From: Selenomonas bovis
GTDB lineage: Bacteria > Bacillota > Negativicutes > Selenomonadales > Selenomonadaceae
DNA length: 64,000 bases
Assembly (NCBI GenBank): GCA_902763085.1
Contig: CACWQW010000010.1
Span: 8,608-72,607, forward strand
Reading direction: 5' to 3'
Made by a program: the position numbers and the translations under genes. Of the stretch, positions 21,928 to 30,768 are shown piece after piece. Positions within the stretch are counted from its first letter, which is position 1. Every line of letters begins with the position of its first letter. Below the pieces are notes generated by a model, which was not told where the DNA came from, searched no databases, and saw only the letters and a program-made list of their open reading frames with translations.

Positions 21928-22856
21928 TGAGTCGTATCAACAGCATCTTCCGGCGCAACCTGCCGGCGAAGATCGTGGCGCTCGGCGTGGCGGTCGTGCT
22001 CTGGGTCGTCGTGATGAACGAGCAGAATCCCTCCATCGAGAGCACGTTCACGGTACCGCTCGCCGTCGTCAATAGTCCCGAGGGATACAAGGTCACGAAG
22101 ATCGAGGATACGGTCAAGATCCGCGTGCGCGGGCCGCGCTCCCTCTTCGTCTCCGCGACGGCGGAGGATTTCCGCGCCTACGTGGATCTCGGCGGGGCGG
22201 AGGACGGCACGCAGTCCTACAAGGTTCAGACGGCGCTGCCGCAGGGCTTTGAGCTCGTCGAGGTGCAGCCTGAGAGCGTGGAGTTCCACCTCGACAAGAT
22301 CATAGAGAAGCAGGTGCACGCCGACATCATTGTGACGGGTTCCTCCGCACCGGGGACGACGGTGGCGAAGGTCACGCAGACGTCGCCCGTCGTCACGATC
22401 GAGGGACCGCAGTCGGCCGTCGAGAGCGTCGTGCGCGTCGTCGGCTACGTCGGTCTCTCTGGGAATCAGAACGATTTCGACCTGCAGGTGCCGCTCGCAG
22501 CGCTCAATGCAGATGGGCGCGAGGTGCAGGGCGTCAAGGTCGTGCCCGCGTCCATGGAGGTCTCCGTGCAGCTCGCGCGCGGCCTCACGAAGAAGATCGT
22601 CACGATCCATCCCGTGTTTAAGGGCAGCTTGCCGTCAGGGCTGACGCTCGGTGACGTGCGGACCGATCCCATGAAGATCGAGATCGCCGGCGAGGCCAAG
22701 ACGCTCGAAGGTGTAAGCGCCGTCGACACGGAGGAGATCGACCTCAGTTCGCTGACGGAGTCCAAGAAGTTCACGGTGAAGCTCCACCTCCCGAGCGGCG
22801 TGACCGTGACGAATCCAGAGGTCAATGTGAGCATCGCTGTCAAGAAGGAGTCCTGA
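21924..22856 (+). CDS. cdaR: CdaR (YbbR-domain) regulator
   Basis: N-terminal TM helix, repeated YbbR-like segments, directly after cdaA. Confidence 0.9.
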   Translation: MMSRINSIFRRNLPAKIVALGVAVVLWVVVMNEQNPSIESTFTVPLAVVNSPEGYKVTKIEDTVKIRVRGPRSLFVSATAEDFRAYVDLGGAEDGTQSYKVQTALPQGFELVEVQPESVEFHLDKIIEKQVHADIIVTGSSAPGTTVAKVTQTSPVVTIEGPQSAVESVVRVVGYVGLSGNQNDFDLQVPLAALNADGREVQGVKVVPASMEVSVQLARGLTKKIVTIHPVFKGSLPSGLTLGDVRTDPMKIEIAGEAKTLEGVSAVDTEEIDLSSLTESKKFTVKLHLPSGVTVTNPEVNVSIAVKKES

Positions 22857-22975
22857 GGCAGATCTTGAGCTTGTGATATGGTAGAAGAATTTTGTATACA
22901 TCCCGTTGACGATATGGACAGTCGTACTGTTATGGCGTATGATAAGGAAAGTTGAGATTAAGGAGGAGTTATCAG

Positions 22976-24220
22976 ATGACGAAGAGTATGGCTGCATCCC
23001 ATGCAAGGGACAAGAGACTCAAGGATGCGATTTTCGGTGCGAGTGCCGCCTGCCGTGAAGCGGTGGCGAAATACGGCGCGGACAAGGTCACGAATGCGAC
23101 GATCGGCACGATGATCGACGATGAGGGGAAACTTGCCTGCCTGCCGACGATGGAGCGTGTCTATCGCTCGCTGCCGATGGAGGACATCATCGCCTACGCT
23201 CCAATTTCTGGTCTGCCGGCTTATCTCGACGCCGTCATCGACCTCACGTTTGCCGACCATAAGCCCGAAGGGTACATGGGCGCCGTGGCGACGGCGGGCG
23301 GCACGGGCGCCATCCACCATGCGGTCGCGAACTACGCCGAGCGCGGGACGTATGTTCTCACGTCCGATTGGTTCTGGGGCACGTACAACGTCATCTGCAA
23401 CGAGTGCGGCTGCAAGCTCGCGAATTACACGCTGTTTGACGAGAAGCAGCAGTTCAACATCGCCGCCTATACGGCGAAGGTGGACGAGATCATGAAGGAG
23501 CAGGACAGCCTGCTCGTCATCATCAACACGCCGGCGCACAACCCAACGGGCTTCAGCCTCACGGAAGAGGACTGGGACAGCGTGCTCGCGCTCACGAAGA
23601 AATACGCGGCGAAGGGCAAGAAGATGAGCATCCTCGTCGACATCGCCTACATCGACTACGCGGGGGAGAAGAACGAGACGCGCGCCTTCATGGACAAGTT
23701 CGCGGGTCTGCCGGACAACGTGCTCATCATGTTCTCCTTCTCCATGTCGAAGGGCTATACGATGTACGGTCAGCGCACGGGTGCGATCATCGCCGTCTCC
23801 TCGAGCCAGGCGGTCATCGACGAGTTCAAGGAGATCAACAAGTACACGAGCCGCGCGACATGGTCGAACATCAACCGCGGCGCGATGACGCTCTTGACGC
23901 GCATCCAGCAGGACAAGGCGGCGCTCGCGCAGTTCGAGAAGGAGCGCGATGATTTCTATAAGCTCATCCAGCACCGCGGCGACATCTTCATGCAGGAAGC
24001 GAAGGCGTGCGGACTCAATGCACTGCCGTACAAGGGCGGCTTCTTCCTCTCCGTGCCGGCGAAGGATCCGGGCGCGGTCTGCGATGAGCTGCACAAGGAC
24101 CTCGTCTTTGCCGTGCCGCTGAAGCTCGGCGTGCGCATCGCCGCCTGCTCCGTCTCGACGGAGAAGATGAAGGGCGTCGCGGCGAAGGTGCGCAGGGCGC
24201 AGCAGGCCGTCGAGGGCTGA
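22976..24220 (+). CDS. PLP-dependent aminotransferase class I/II
   Basis: GGTGAI, NTPAHNPTG, DIAY, SMSKGYTMYGQRTGA. Confidence 0.9.
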   Translation: MTKSMAASHARDKRLKDAIFGASAACREAVAKYGADKVTNATIGTMIDDEGKLACLPTMERVYRSLPMEDIIAYAPISGLPAYLDAVIDLTFADHKPEGYMGAVATAGGTGAIHHAVANYAERGTYVLTSDWFWGTYNVICNECGCKLANYTLFDEKQQFNIAAYTAKVDEIMKEQDSLLVIINTPAHNPTGFSLTEEDWDSVLALTKKYAAKGKKMSILVDIAYIDYAGEKNETRAFMDKFAGLPDNVLIMFSFSMSKGYTMYGQRTGAIIAVSSSQAVIDEFKEINKYTSRATWSNINRGAMTLLTRIQQDKAALAQFEKERDDFYKLIQHRGDIFMQEAKACGLNALPYKGGFFLSVPAKDPGAVCDELHKDLVFAVPLKLGVRIAACSVSTEKMKGVAAKVRRAQQAVEG

Positions 24221-24303
24221 TCGCATCTGCCTCCCTTATCGATTCGAAACCCCAGCCTCTTTTCAGCGGGAGATGATATACTCCTGCTGAGAGGAGGCTT
24301 TTT

Positions 24304-25254
24304 TTGAAGAAAATCATCGTGACCTTTGTGCTGACGTCACTGCTCGCGTTCGCCGTCTCCATCGTGGCGGCTGGCTGCTATGTCGGCGATTACCTCGTGG
24401 GCTTCGGGCTCGTGCGCGGCTCTCTGGAAGATCCGCAGGCACCGCCGCGCGCCTACGCGCTCCTCATACCGCCCGGCACTGCGCACTACACGCGGCCGGA
24501 CGCGCCGAGCGAGGAGTGGAACCTCGTCTCTGCCGATGGCCTCCACCTCGTGGCGACGCATTTCCGTCCCGCGCGCCCGCACGGGAACTGGGTCATCATC
24601 GCGCACGGCTACGGCTGCACGCAGGAGAACTCCTATTATCTCGCCGCCCACTATCTCGCGCAGGGGTATGACGTGCTCACGCCGGATCTGCGCAGCTCCG
24701 GCAAGAGCGAGGGGAAATTCGTGACGATGGGGCTGCGGGAGAGCGGCGACCTCGTCGGCTGGGCGCAGGAGATCGCCGCGCGCAACGCCGACGCCCGCAT
24801 CGTGCTGCACGGCGTCTCGATGGGGGCGGCGTCCGTCATGATGGCAGGCGCTTCGGAGGCCCTGCCGAGCCAGGTGAAAGCCGTCGTCGAGGACTGCGGC
24901 TATACGAGTGCCTACGACCTGCTCGCGTATCAGATGGAGGCGTCGTTCCGCCTGCCGTCGTTCCCGGGCATGAACCTGCTCGATTGGCGCTGTGAGCAAG
25001 GCGCGGGCTTTTCCCTGCGCGAGGCGTCGCCCCTCATGGCGGTGCGCCACGCGCGCGTGCCCATGCTCTTCATCCACGGGACCGCCGATACGCTCGTGCC
25101 GCCGGCGATGGCGGAGACGCTCTACGCCGCGTGCACGTCGGAGAAGAAGCTCCTGCTGGTGCCGGGCGCCATCCATTCGGCGGCGTCGCAGAAGGAGCCG
25201 GAGCTCTATGACCGGACAGTCGCCGCGTTCTTGCGCGGCAAGGTCTACGGCTGA
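24304..25254 (+). CDS. Membrane-anchored alpha/beta hydrolase
   Basis: HGY, GVSMG nucleophile elbow, EDCGY, IHGTADTLVP, GAIH. Confidence 0.88.
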   Translation: MKKIIVTFVLTSLLAFAVSIVAAGCYVGDYLVGFGLVRGSLEDPQAPPRAYALLIPPGTAHYTRPDAPSEEWNLVSADGLHLVATHFRPARPHGNWVIIAHGYGCTQENSYYLAAHYLAQGYDVLTPDLRSSGKSEGKFVTMGLRESGDLVGWAQEIAARNADARIVLHGVSMGAASVMMAGASEALPSQVKAVVEDCGYTSAYDLLAYQMEASFRLPSFPGMNLLDWRCEQGAGFSLREASPLMAVRHARVPMLFIHGTADTLVPPAMAETLYAACTSEKKLLLVPGAIHSAASQKEPELYDRTVAAFLRGKVYG

Positions 25255-25390
25255 GGCAGGAGTTTCCCTCCGGATGGAGAAGATATAAAAAGAAAAACCG
25301 GCAACGCGATGTTGTCGGCTCGATGAGGGAGCGCTGCTGGAGCCGCACGTGCGGTTTGGCCCGTGCTCCCGTAAGAAAGGAAGACGTACG

Positions 25391-25627
25391 ATGGATGATC
25401 AGACGAGGGAACTGCTCGCACACTACAATGCACGGAGCTACGCGAAACCGCGCAGCCTGCCGGAGGTGACGGCGCGTTACAACCTCAAGCGGCAGCAGTA
25501 TCAGGACCTGCGCAAGATGGATGCACCGAACCACGAGCAGCTCTCAATGCTCTACGCGGAGGCGAAGGTGCTCGGCTGGGTGCTCGGCAAAGACGAGAAA
25601 GCCGTAATCCGGGAGATCAACGGCTGA
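25391..25627 (+). CDS. Small hypothetical protein (78 aa)
   Basis: SD AAAGGA, ATG start, codon usage like neighbouring genes. Confidence 0.7.
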   Translation: MDDQTRELLAHYNARSYAKPRSLPEVTARYNLKRQQYQDLRKMDAPNHEQLSMLYAEAKVLGWVLGKDEKAVIREING

Positions 25628-25663
25628 GCCTGCGCTTTAGGAGTGCGTGCCGGCTGGCAGCGC

Positions 25664-26899
25664 TCAGGTGGAATAGCTGTCCGTGTGCAGGAACTCGCGC
25701 TCGACGACCTGTCCGCCCGCGAGGTAGAGGCGATAGACGCTCGGGTGCAGGCGGCCGCCGTCGCTCTCAAGCTGGATCGTCTTGCCGCCGAGGTCGGCGC
25801 GCGTGCCGAGCACGTAGACCGTGAGCGTGTGCCCATCGGCGCTCGTGAGGAGATAGACGCTGTGGGCGAGCGGATTGCGGAACTGCAGGTCGATCTGCCC
25901 GTCGGCGACGGTGGCGTCGAGCCCGGGCGGGCAGTAGGCGGAGGGCAGCGCATGCGACGTGCGCGCCGTCGGCGTGAGGCCGGCGAGCAGGATCGCATTG
26001 TAGAGCGTGGAGCTCACCTGGCAGACGCCGCCGCCGATGCCGTCAGCGAGCTGCCCGTCGAGGATGACGCCGGCGATGCGGTAGCCGGCGGCTGCCGTGC
26101 GTGCGCCGACGGTATCGTTGAAGGAGAAGATGCCGTTTGGCTTTACGAGGCTGCCGCTGAGCTTGCCCGCGGCGATCGCGATGTTCTGCCCGCGGCTGCC
26201 GGGGCTGTAGTGCGTCTCGTAGCGCGCGAGCACGCCGTCGATGGCGGCGAGGTCGTCGTCCGTGACGGGTGGCGGTGTCTCAGCAACGGGGATCTCCGCG
26301 CGCACGGTCAGCGCGAGCGCCGTGAGCTTCGGTGCGACCGCATCGCGAAGCGCCGCGGCGTCGGCGGTGCGGCCCGTGTGCGCCGCATGGCGCTCGACAT
26401 TGCCCTGCGGTGAGAGCGTGAGACTTGCGCTTTTGGGGGCGCGCGCGAGCGAGGCGGCGATGGCCTGGAGCTTCGCCTGCAGTTTCTCGTCGCTGTAGGT
26501 GCCGCTGAGCGCGATGTCCTTGCCGAAGAGCGCGACGCGCATCTGCGTGAGCGTGTTCTCGAGCAGATTCCCCTGGCGTCCGCAGCCGTAGGCCTCGCTC
26601 ACGGCCTGTTCCACGGCAGGCGTGAGGTCGATGTCCGCTGCCTGGATGTCCCAGTGCTGTGCACCGTACGTCACGGCGAGCGCAGGTTTCTTCATCCTGG
26701 CGCGCGCCTTCTCGAGGAAGAAGCGCCGGACCTCATCCTCCGTCATGCCCGCGAGCGTCTGCCCGCCCGATTGGACGCCGAGGATCACGCGCCCCTGGTT
26801 CGTGACGGAGACGGAGATGCCGCCGATGATGCAGACGGCGAAAGCGAAGACGAGGGCGGTGGCCATCAGTATTTTTTCAGTGGAAGATGATAGATTCAT
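25664..26899 (-). CDS. VanW-domain (YoaR-like) cell-envelope protein
   Basis: N-terminal TM helix, FSFNDTVG, GIGGGVCQVSSTLYNA, GLDATV. Confidence 0.9.
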   Translation of the reverse strand: MNLSSSTEKILMATALVFAFAVCIIGGISVSVTNQGRVILGVQSGGQTLAGMTEDEVRRFFLEKARARMKKPALAVTYGAQHWDIQAADIDLTPAVEQAVSEAYGCGRQGNLLENTLTQMRVALFGKDIALSGTYSDEKLQAKLQAIAASLARAPKSASLTLSPQGNVERHAAHTGRTADAAALRDAVAPKLTALALTVRAEIPVAETPPPVTDDDLAAIDGVLARYETHYSPGSRGQNIAIAAGKLSGSLVKPNGIFSFNDTVGARTAAAGYRIAGVILDGQLADGIGGGVCQVSSTLYNAILLAGLTPTARTSHALPSAYCPPGLDATVADGQIDLQFRNPLAHSVYLLTSADGHTLTVYVLGTRADLGGKTIQLESDGGRLHPSVYRLYLAGGQVVEREFLHTDSYST

Positions 26900-26976
26900 A
26901 GTGGGAACCCTGCCTTTTGGGAGATAGGTCCATTATAGAAGATTGCAAGCGTTTTGAAAAGACTGGAGGAGGCAGC

Positions 26977-27342
26977 ATGCAAGAGGAAGCGAAGGGAAAC
27001 GAGACGACGGGAGAGGAGACAGCGCGCGTGCGCGTGATGACGGCGCAGGAACGCGCGGGCTACGAAGGCATGACGATCGACGAGGCATCGGATGGGCAGG
27101 CGTATGAGGCGCCGGGCGCTGAGCGCCGTCGCGTCCACGTTTCCTTCGAGGCGCAGGAGGGAACCCTTTGGGACCGTGTGCTGCGCCAGCTCCTCGGCCC
27201 GCATTGGAAGTGGAAGCTCGGCGCCGTGGCCGCTGTCCTCGTGCTCGGCGTGTTCTTCTTCTTCATCGCGCTGCCGGTACTGTCCGTGCTCTTCGTGGCG
27301 GCAGGGCTCCTCTGGCTTGTCGGGCGCCTGTTCCAGGGGTGA
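26977..27342 (+). CDS. Hypothetical membrane protein
   Basis: SD GGAGGAGG, hydrophobic C-terminal hairpin. Confidence 0.75.
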   Translation: MQEEAKGNETTGEETARVRVMTAQERAGYEGMTIDEASDGQAYEAPGAERRRVHVSFEAQEGTLWDRVLRQLLGPHWKWKLGAVAAVLVLGVFFFFIALPVLSVLFVAAGLLWLVGRLFQG

Positions 27343-27368
27343 GGCGATAGCGCGTCTATCCCAATCAC

Positions 27369-27538
27369 GCAAAAGAAAGACCGCCGCAGGGGGGAACCTG
27401 CGGCGGTCTTTCTCACACACAATAGAATCAAAAGTTACAGGGGGATGGAGGATAACGGTAAGTAGATATCGAGATGCATCTGAGGAGGGGTCAACAGGTG
27501 CTCTCGCGATTCGCTTAACGTCATATTCCCTTTGACGA
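27369..27538 (-). ncRNA. Candidate small RNA with C-rich (anti-SD) loops
   Basis: Minus-strand TTGCGA(27572-27567)-17 bp-TAGAAT(27549-27544); three hairpins, then a 17-bp terminator stem with a U-tract; no credible ORF. Confidence 0.65.
27371..27413. terminator. Bidirectional terminator
   Basis: AGAAAGACCGCCGCAGG / CCTGCGGCGGTCTTTCT perfect 17-bp stem. Confidence 0.85.
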
Positions 27539-27691
27539 TTTTTATTCTACGTGGGAAGCGATGATTTCGCAAGACGTTATTCTGTAATTTTCTACCGAAA
27601 AAGAGGTTTTTTCGTAGTTTTGTGAAATAATAAAAAGATAGATGATAAAATCACAGATGAACTTACAAGATTCAGAACAGGAGGAAAGATC

Positions 27692-28453
27692 GTGCAGACG
27701 AGGGAACGCCGGGCGCAGGTGCTCAAAGCGCTCAAAGAGAAACATCGCGTGACGATCGAGGGCCTCGCGAGAGAATTCGACGTCTCGGCGATGACGATCC
27801 GCCGCGACCTCAAGCGGCTCGCTGATGAGGATATCGTCACGCTCGTTCATGGGGGCGCCGTCTACAATGAAGGCGGCGCGTATCTGCCGGCGCTGACGGC
27901 GCGGGAAAAGCAGATGCGGCGCGAGAAGAGCGCCATCGCCGAGTACTGCGCGCAGCAGATCCCGGAGGGCAGCGCCGTCTATCTCGACAACGGCTCCACG
28001 ACGCTCGAGATCGCGGATGCGCTGCGCGGAAAGAAGAACATCGCGGTGCTCTCCCACTCCCTGCCTGTGCTCAACATCCTCTCGAACGCGAAGAGCATCC
28101 AGCTCATTTCCGTCTCGGGCATCTACGAGCCGCGCGCCAAGGGCTTTTTCGGCGACCTCGCCGTACGCATGCTCCGCCAGTTCCGCATCGATATCGCCTT
28201 CCTCGGCGTGACGGCAGTCAGCCTGGAGGACGGCGTGATGTCGGCGCTCTTCTTCGAACAATCGCTCAAGAAGGTGCTCATCGAGCGCGCGAAGAAGACG
28301 ATCCTCGCGGTCGATCACACGAAGATCGGCGGCACGTCTTTCCTCAAGGTCTGCGATCTGCACGAGGTCGATGGCATCGTGACGGACCGATACGCCGATG
28401 CGGATTTCATCGCGAAGGCAAAGCGCCTGGGGCTCGAGGTCGTCCAGGTCTGA
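27692..28453 (+). CDS. DeoR/GlpR-family transcriptional regulator
   Basis: VSAMTIRRDL HTH, VHGGA, EKSAIA, LDNGSTT, DHTKIG. Confidence 0.94.
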   Translation: MQTRERRAQVLKALKEKHRVTIEGLAREFDVSAMTIRRDLKRLADEDIVTLVHGGAVYNEGGAYLPALTAREKQMRREKSAIAEYCAQQIPEGSAVYLDNGSTTLEIADALRGKKNIAVLSHSLPVLNILSNAKSIQLISVSGIYEPRAKGFFGDLAVRMLRQFRIDIAFLGVTAVSLEDGVMSALFFEQSLKKVLIERAKKTILAVDHTKIGGTSFLKVCDLHEVDGIVTDRYADADFIAKAKRLGLEVVQV

Positions 28454-28631
28454 GACGCTGGGCGACAGGTTTCCCCGGAGGGAAGCGACATATCCCGGGA
28501 GCACGGACAAATGATCTGCTTGCCATGTAAATCCCCAAGGACGCAAGCGAAAGTCGCAGCCTGCTCGGACGGATTGACTGCACGTACGATGCACGATATC
28601 CATAAAGTGGACGTTTGTACATGTAGTTTTG

Positions 28632-28660
28632 TTGACAGGCAGGGGGATAGCCGTTATCAT
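28632..28660 (+). promoter_or_regulatory. Sigma-A-type promoter of the pur operon
   Basis: TTGACA-17 bp-TATCAT. Confidence 0.7.
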
Positions 28661-28774
28661 GGAAGATGTGAAATGGATGCCGTGCATCTATGAAACCGAG
28701 AGTGCCTTTGCTGCGGTGCCAGCGCACGGGCGGGGCGCAGTTGGAGATTCTAGTCTGGGGAGGATGATTGTCTC

Positions 28775-29260
28775 ATGAAAGTGGCAGTTCTCATGGGGAG
28801 CGATTCTGATTGGCCGATCTTGAAGCCGGCCGTGGAGCTTCTGAAACAGTTCGGCATTGCCGCAGAGGTCGAGGTGGCGTCGGCGCACCGTACGCCGGCG
28901 AAGGTACGCGATTTCGTGCTCGCCGCGCCAGGGAAGGGCGTCGGCGCCTTCATCGTTGCTGCGGGCGCTGCAGCGCATCTCGCTGGCGTGGTGGCGAGCT
29001 ACACGACGCTGCCCGTCATCGGCGTGCCCATCAACGCGACGGCGCTCAACGGCATGGACGCTCTCCTTTCCACCGTGCAGATGCCGTCGGGCATCCCCGT
29101 GGCGACGATGGCGATCAACGGCGCGAAGAACGCGGCAATCTTCGCCGTGCAGATCTTCGCGGTCGCCGACCAGGATCTCGCGAAGAAGCTCGCAGACTAC
29201 CGCGGTGAGATGGTCGAGGGCGTCGAGAAGAAGGCCGCCCGTGTCAAGGCACAGCTGTGA
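28775..29260 (+). CDS. purE: N5-CAIR mutase / AIR carboxylase
   Basis: [34 protein letters not shown]. Confidence 0.97.
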   Translation: MKVAVLMGSDSDWPILKPAVELLKQFGIAAEVEVASAHRTPAKVRDFVLAAPGKGVGAFIVAAGAAAHLAGVVASYTTLPVIGVPINATALNGMDALLSTVQMPSGIPVATMAINGAKNAAIFAVQIFAVADQDLAKKLADYRGEMVEGVEKKAARVKAQL

Positions 29261-29292
29261 TTTCTAAGGAGCGGGGAGAATCGAAGCCAACT

Positions 29293-30720
29293 ATGTATGA
29301 AATGGACTATAAATGGAAGGAAGAATGCGGCGTCTACGGCGTCTACTCCCGCACGGAGAACGTCTCGGAGATGACGTATTTCGGCCTGTATGCACTGCAG
29401 CACCGCGGGCAGGAGAGCGCGGGCATCGCGCTCACGGACGGCGCGTGGATGGACGTCACGCGCGGCATGGGACTCGTCAATGAGGTCTTCCGCCATCAGC
29501 TGCCGCACATGGAGAACCAGTACATCGCCATCGGCCACGTGCGTTACTCGACGACGGGCTCGAGCCTGCTCGCGAATACGCAGCCGCTCATGGTGAACTA
29601 CGCGGGCGGCAAGATCGCGCTTGCACACAACGGCAATCTCACGAACGCGGCGGAGATCCGCCACGAGCTCGAGCAGGAGGGCACGATCTTCCAGACCTCT
29701 ATCGACTCGGAGGTGTTTGTCAATCTCATCGCGCGCTCGCGCAAAGAGTCCATCGAGGAGCGTATCATCGAGAGCCTCAAGAAGATCAAGGGCGCGTACT
29801 GCCTGACCATCATGACGGAGAACAAGCTCATCGGCGCGCGTGACCCGCAGGGATTCCGTCCGCTCTGCCTCGGCAGGCTTGACGACGGGACGTGGATCCT
29901 TTCGTCCGAGACGTGCGGCCTCGATGTCAATGACGCGGAATTCGTGCGCGATATCAAGCCGGGCGAAATGGTCGTCATTGATGACGATGGCGTGAAATCG
30001 TATATGTTCGGCGAGGGGGAGAAGCTCGCCTCCTGCATTTTCGAGTACATCTATTTCGCGCGTCCTGACTCCGTCATCGACGGGCAGAGCGTCCATGCAG
30101 CGCGCTTCAAGATGGGGCAGATCCTCGCGCGCGAGGCTGGCTTTGAGGGGGATATTGTCATCTCGGTGCCGGACTCCGGCACGACGGCAGCGACGGGCTA
30201 TGCCTACGAGGCGGGGCTGCCGTTCGTCGAGGGCCTCATCAAGAACCGCTACATCGGCCGCACGTTCATCAAGCCGACGCAGAAGGCGCGCGATACGGCG
30301 GTGAAACTCAAGCTCAACGCCATCCGCTCCGTGGTCGAGGGCAAACGTGTCATCATGGTCGACGATTCCATCGTGCGCGGCACGACGAGCGGCAAGATCG
30401 TGCGGATGCTGCGCGCGGCGGGAGCCAAGGCGGTCTACATGTGCGTGAGCAGCCCGCCGATCGGCTATCCGTGCTTCTACGGCATCGACACGAGCATCCG
30501 CAAAGAGCTCATCGCCGCAACGAAGTCCGTCGAGGAGATCCGCGAATACATCGGCGCGGACGGCCTGCATTTCCTGAGCATCGAAGGGCTCAAGCAGTGC
30601 GTCGATAGCGTGCATGCCGACGACATGTGCTACGCGTGCTTCAACAGTGCCTATCCTGTCGCGCAGGGAGAAAAGCCCGCGGGCGACAGCAAGTATGTCT
30701 TTGAGCAGCGCAAGTGCTGA
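29293..30720 (+). CDS. purF: Amidophosphoribosyltransferase
   Basis: Propeptide then EECG, LQHRGQE, GHVRYST, VDDSIVRGTT, Fe-S cysteines. Confidence 0.97.
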   Translation: MYEMDYKWKEECGVYGVYSRTENVSEMTYFGLYALQHRGQESAGIALTDGAWMDVTRGMGLVNEVFRHQLPHMENQYIAIGHVRYSTTGSSLLANTQPLMVNYAGGKIALAHNGNLTNAAEIRHELEQEGTIFQTSIDSEVFVNLIARSRKESIEERIIESLKKIKGAYCLTIMTENKLIGARDPQGFRPLCLGRLDDGTWILSSETCGLDVNDAEFVRDIKPGEMVVIDDDGVKSYMFGEGEKLASCIFEYIYFARPDSVIDGQSVHAARFKMGQILAREAGFEGDIVISVPDSGTTAATGYAYEAGLPFVEGLIKNRYIGRTFIKPTQKARDTAVKLKLNAIRSVVEGKRVIMVDDSIVRGTTSGKIVRMLRAAGAKAVYMCVSSPPIGYPCFYGIDTSIRKELIAATKSVEEIREYIGADGLHFLSIEGLKQCVDSVHADDMCYACFNSAYPVAQGEKPAGDSKYVFEQRKC

Positions 30721-30768
30721 GGAATGGCAGCAGCCGACAGCAACGGACAATGACTTTGGAGGAATGAA

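Noticed and set aside
25664-26899. Vancomycin resistance locus
   Set aside because: Lone VanW-domain proteins are common envelope proteins; no vanHAX or vanRS context.
27374-27505. Plus-strand CsrB-like RNA (GGA in loops)
   Set aside because: Promoter, terminator position and U-tract all indicate minus-strand transcription; on the + strand these hairpins lie after a terminator.
28661-28774. Purine, ZTP or PRPP riboswitch upstream of purE
   Set aside because: No match by eye to their conserved cores and no leader terminator; cmscan would settle it.
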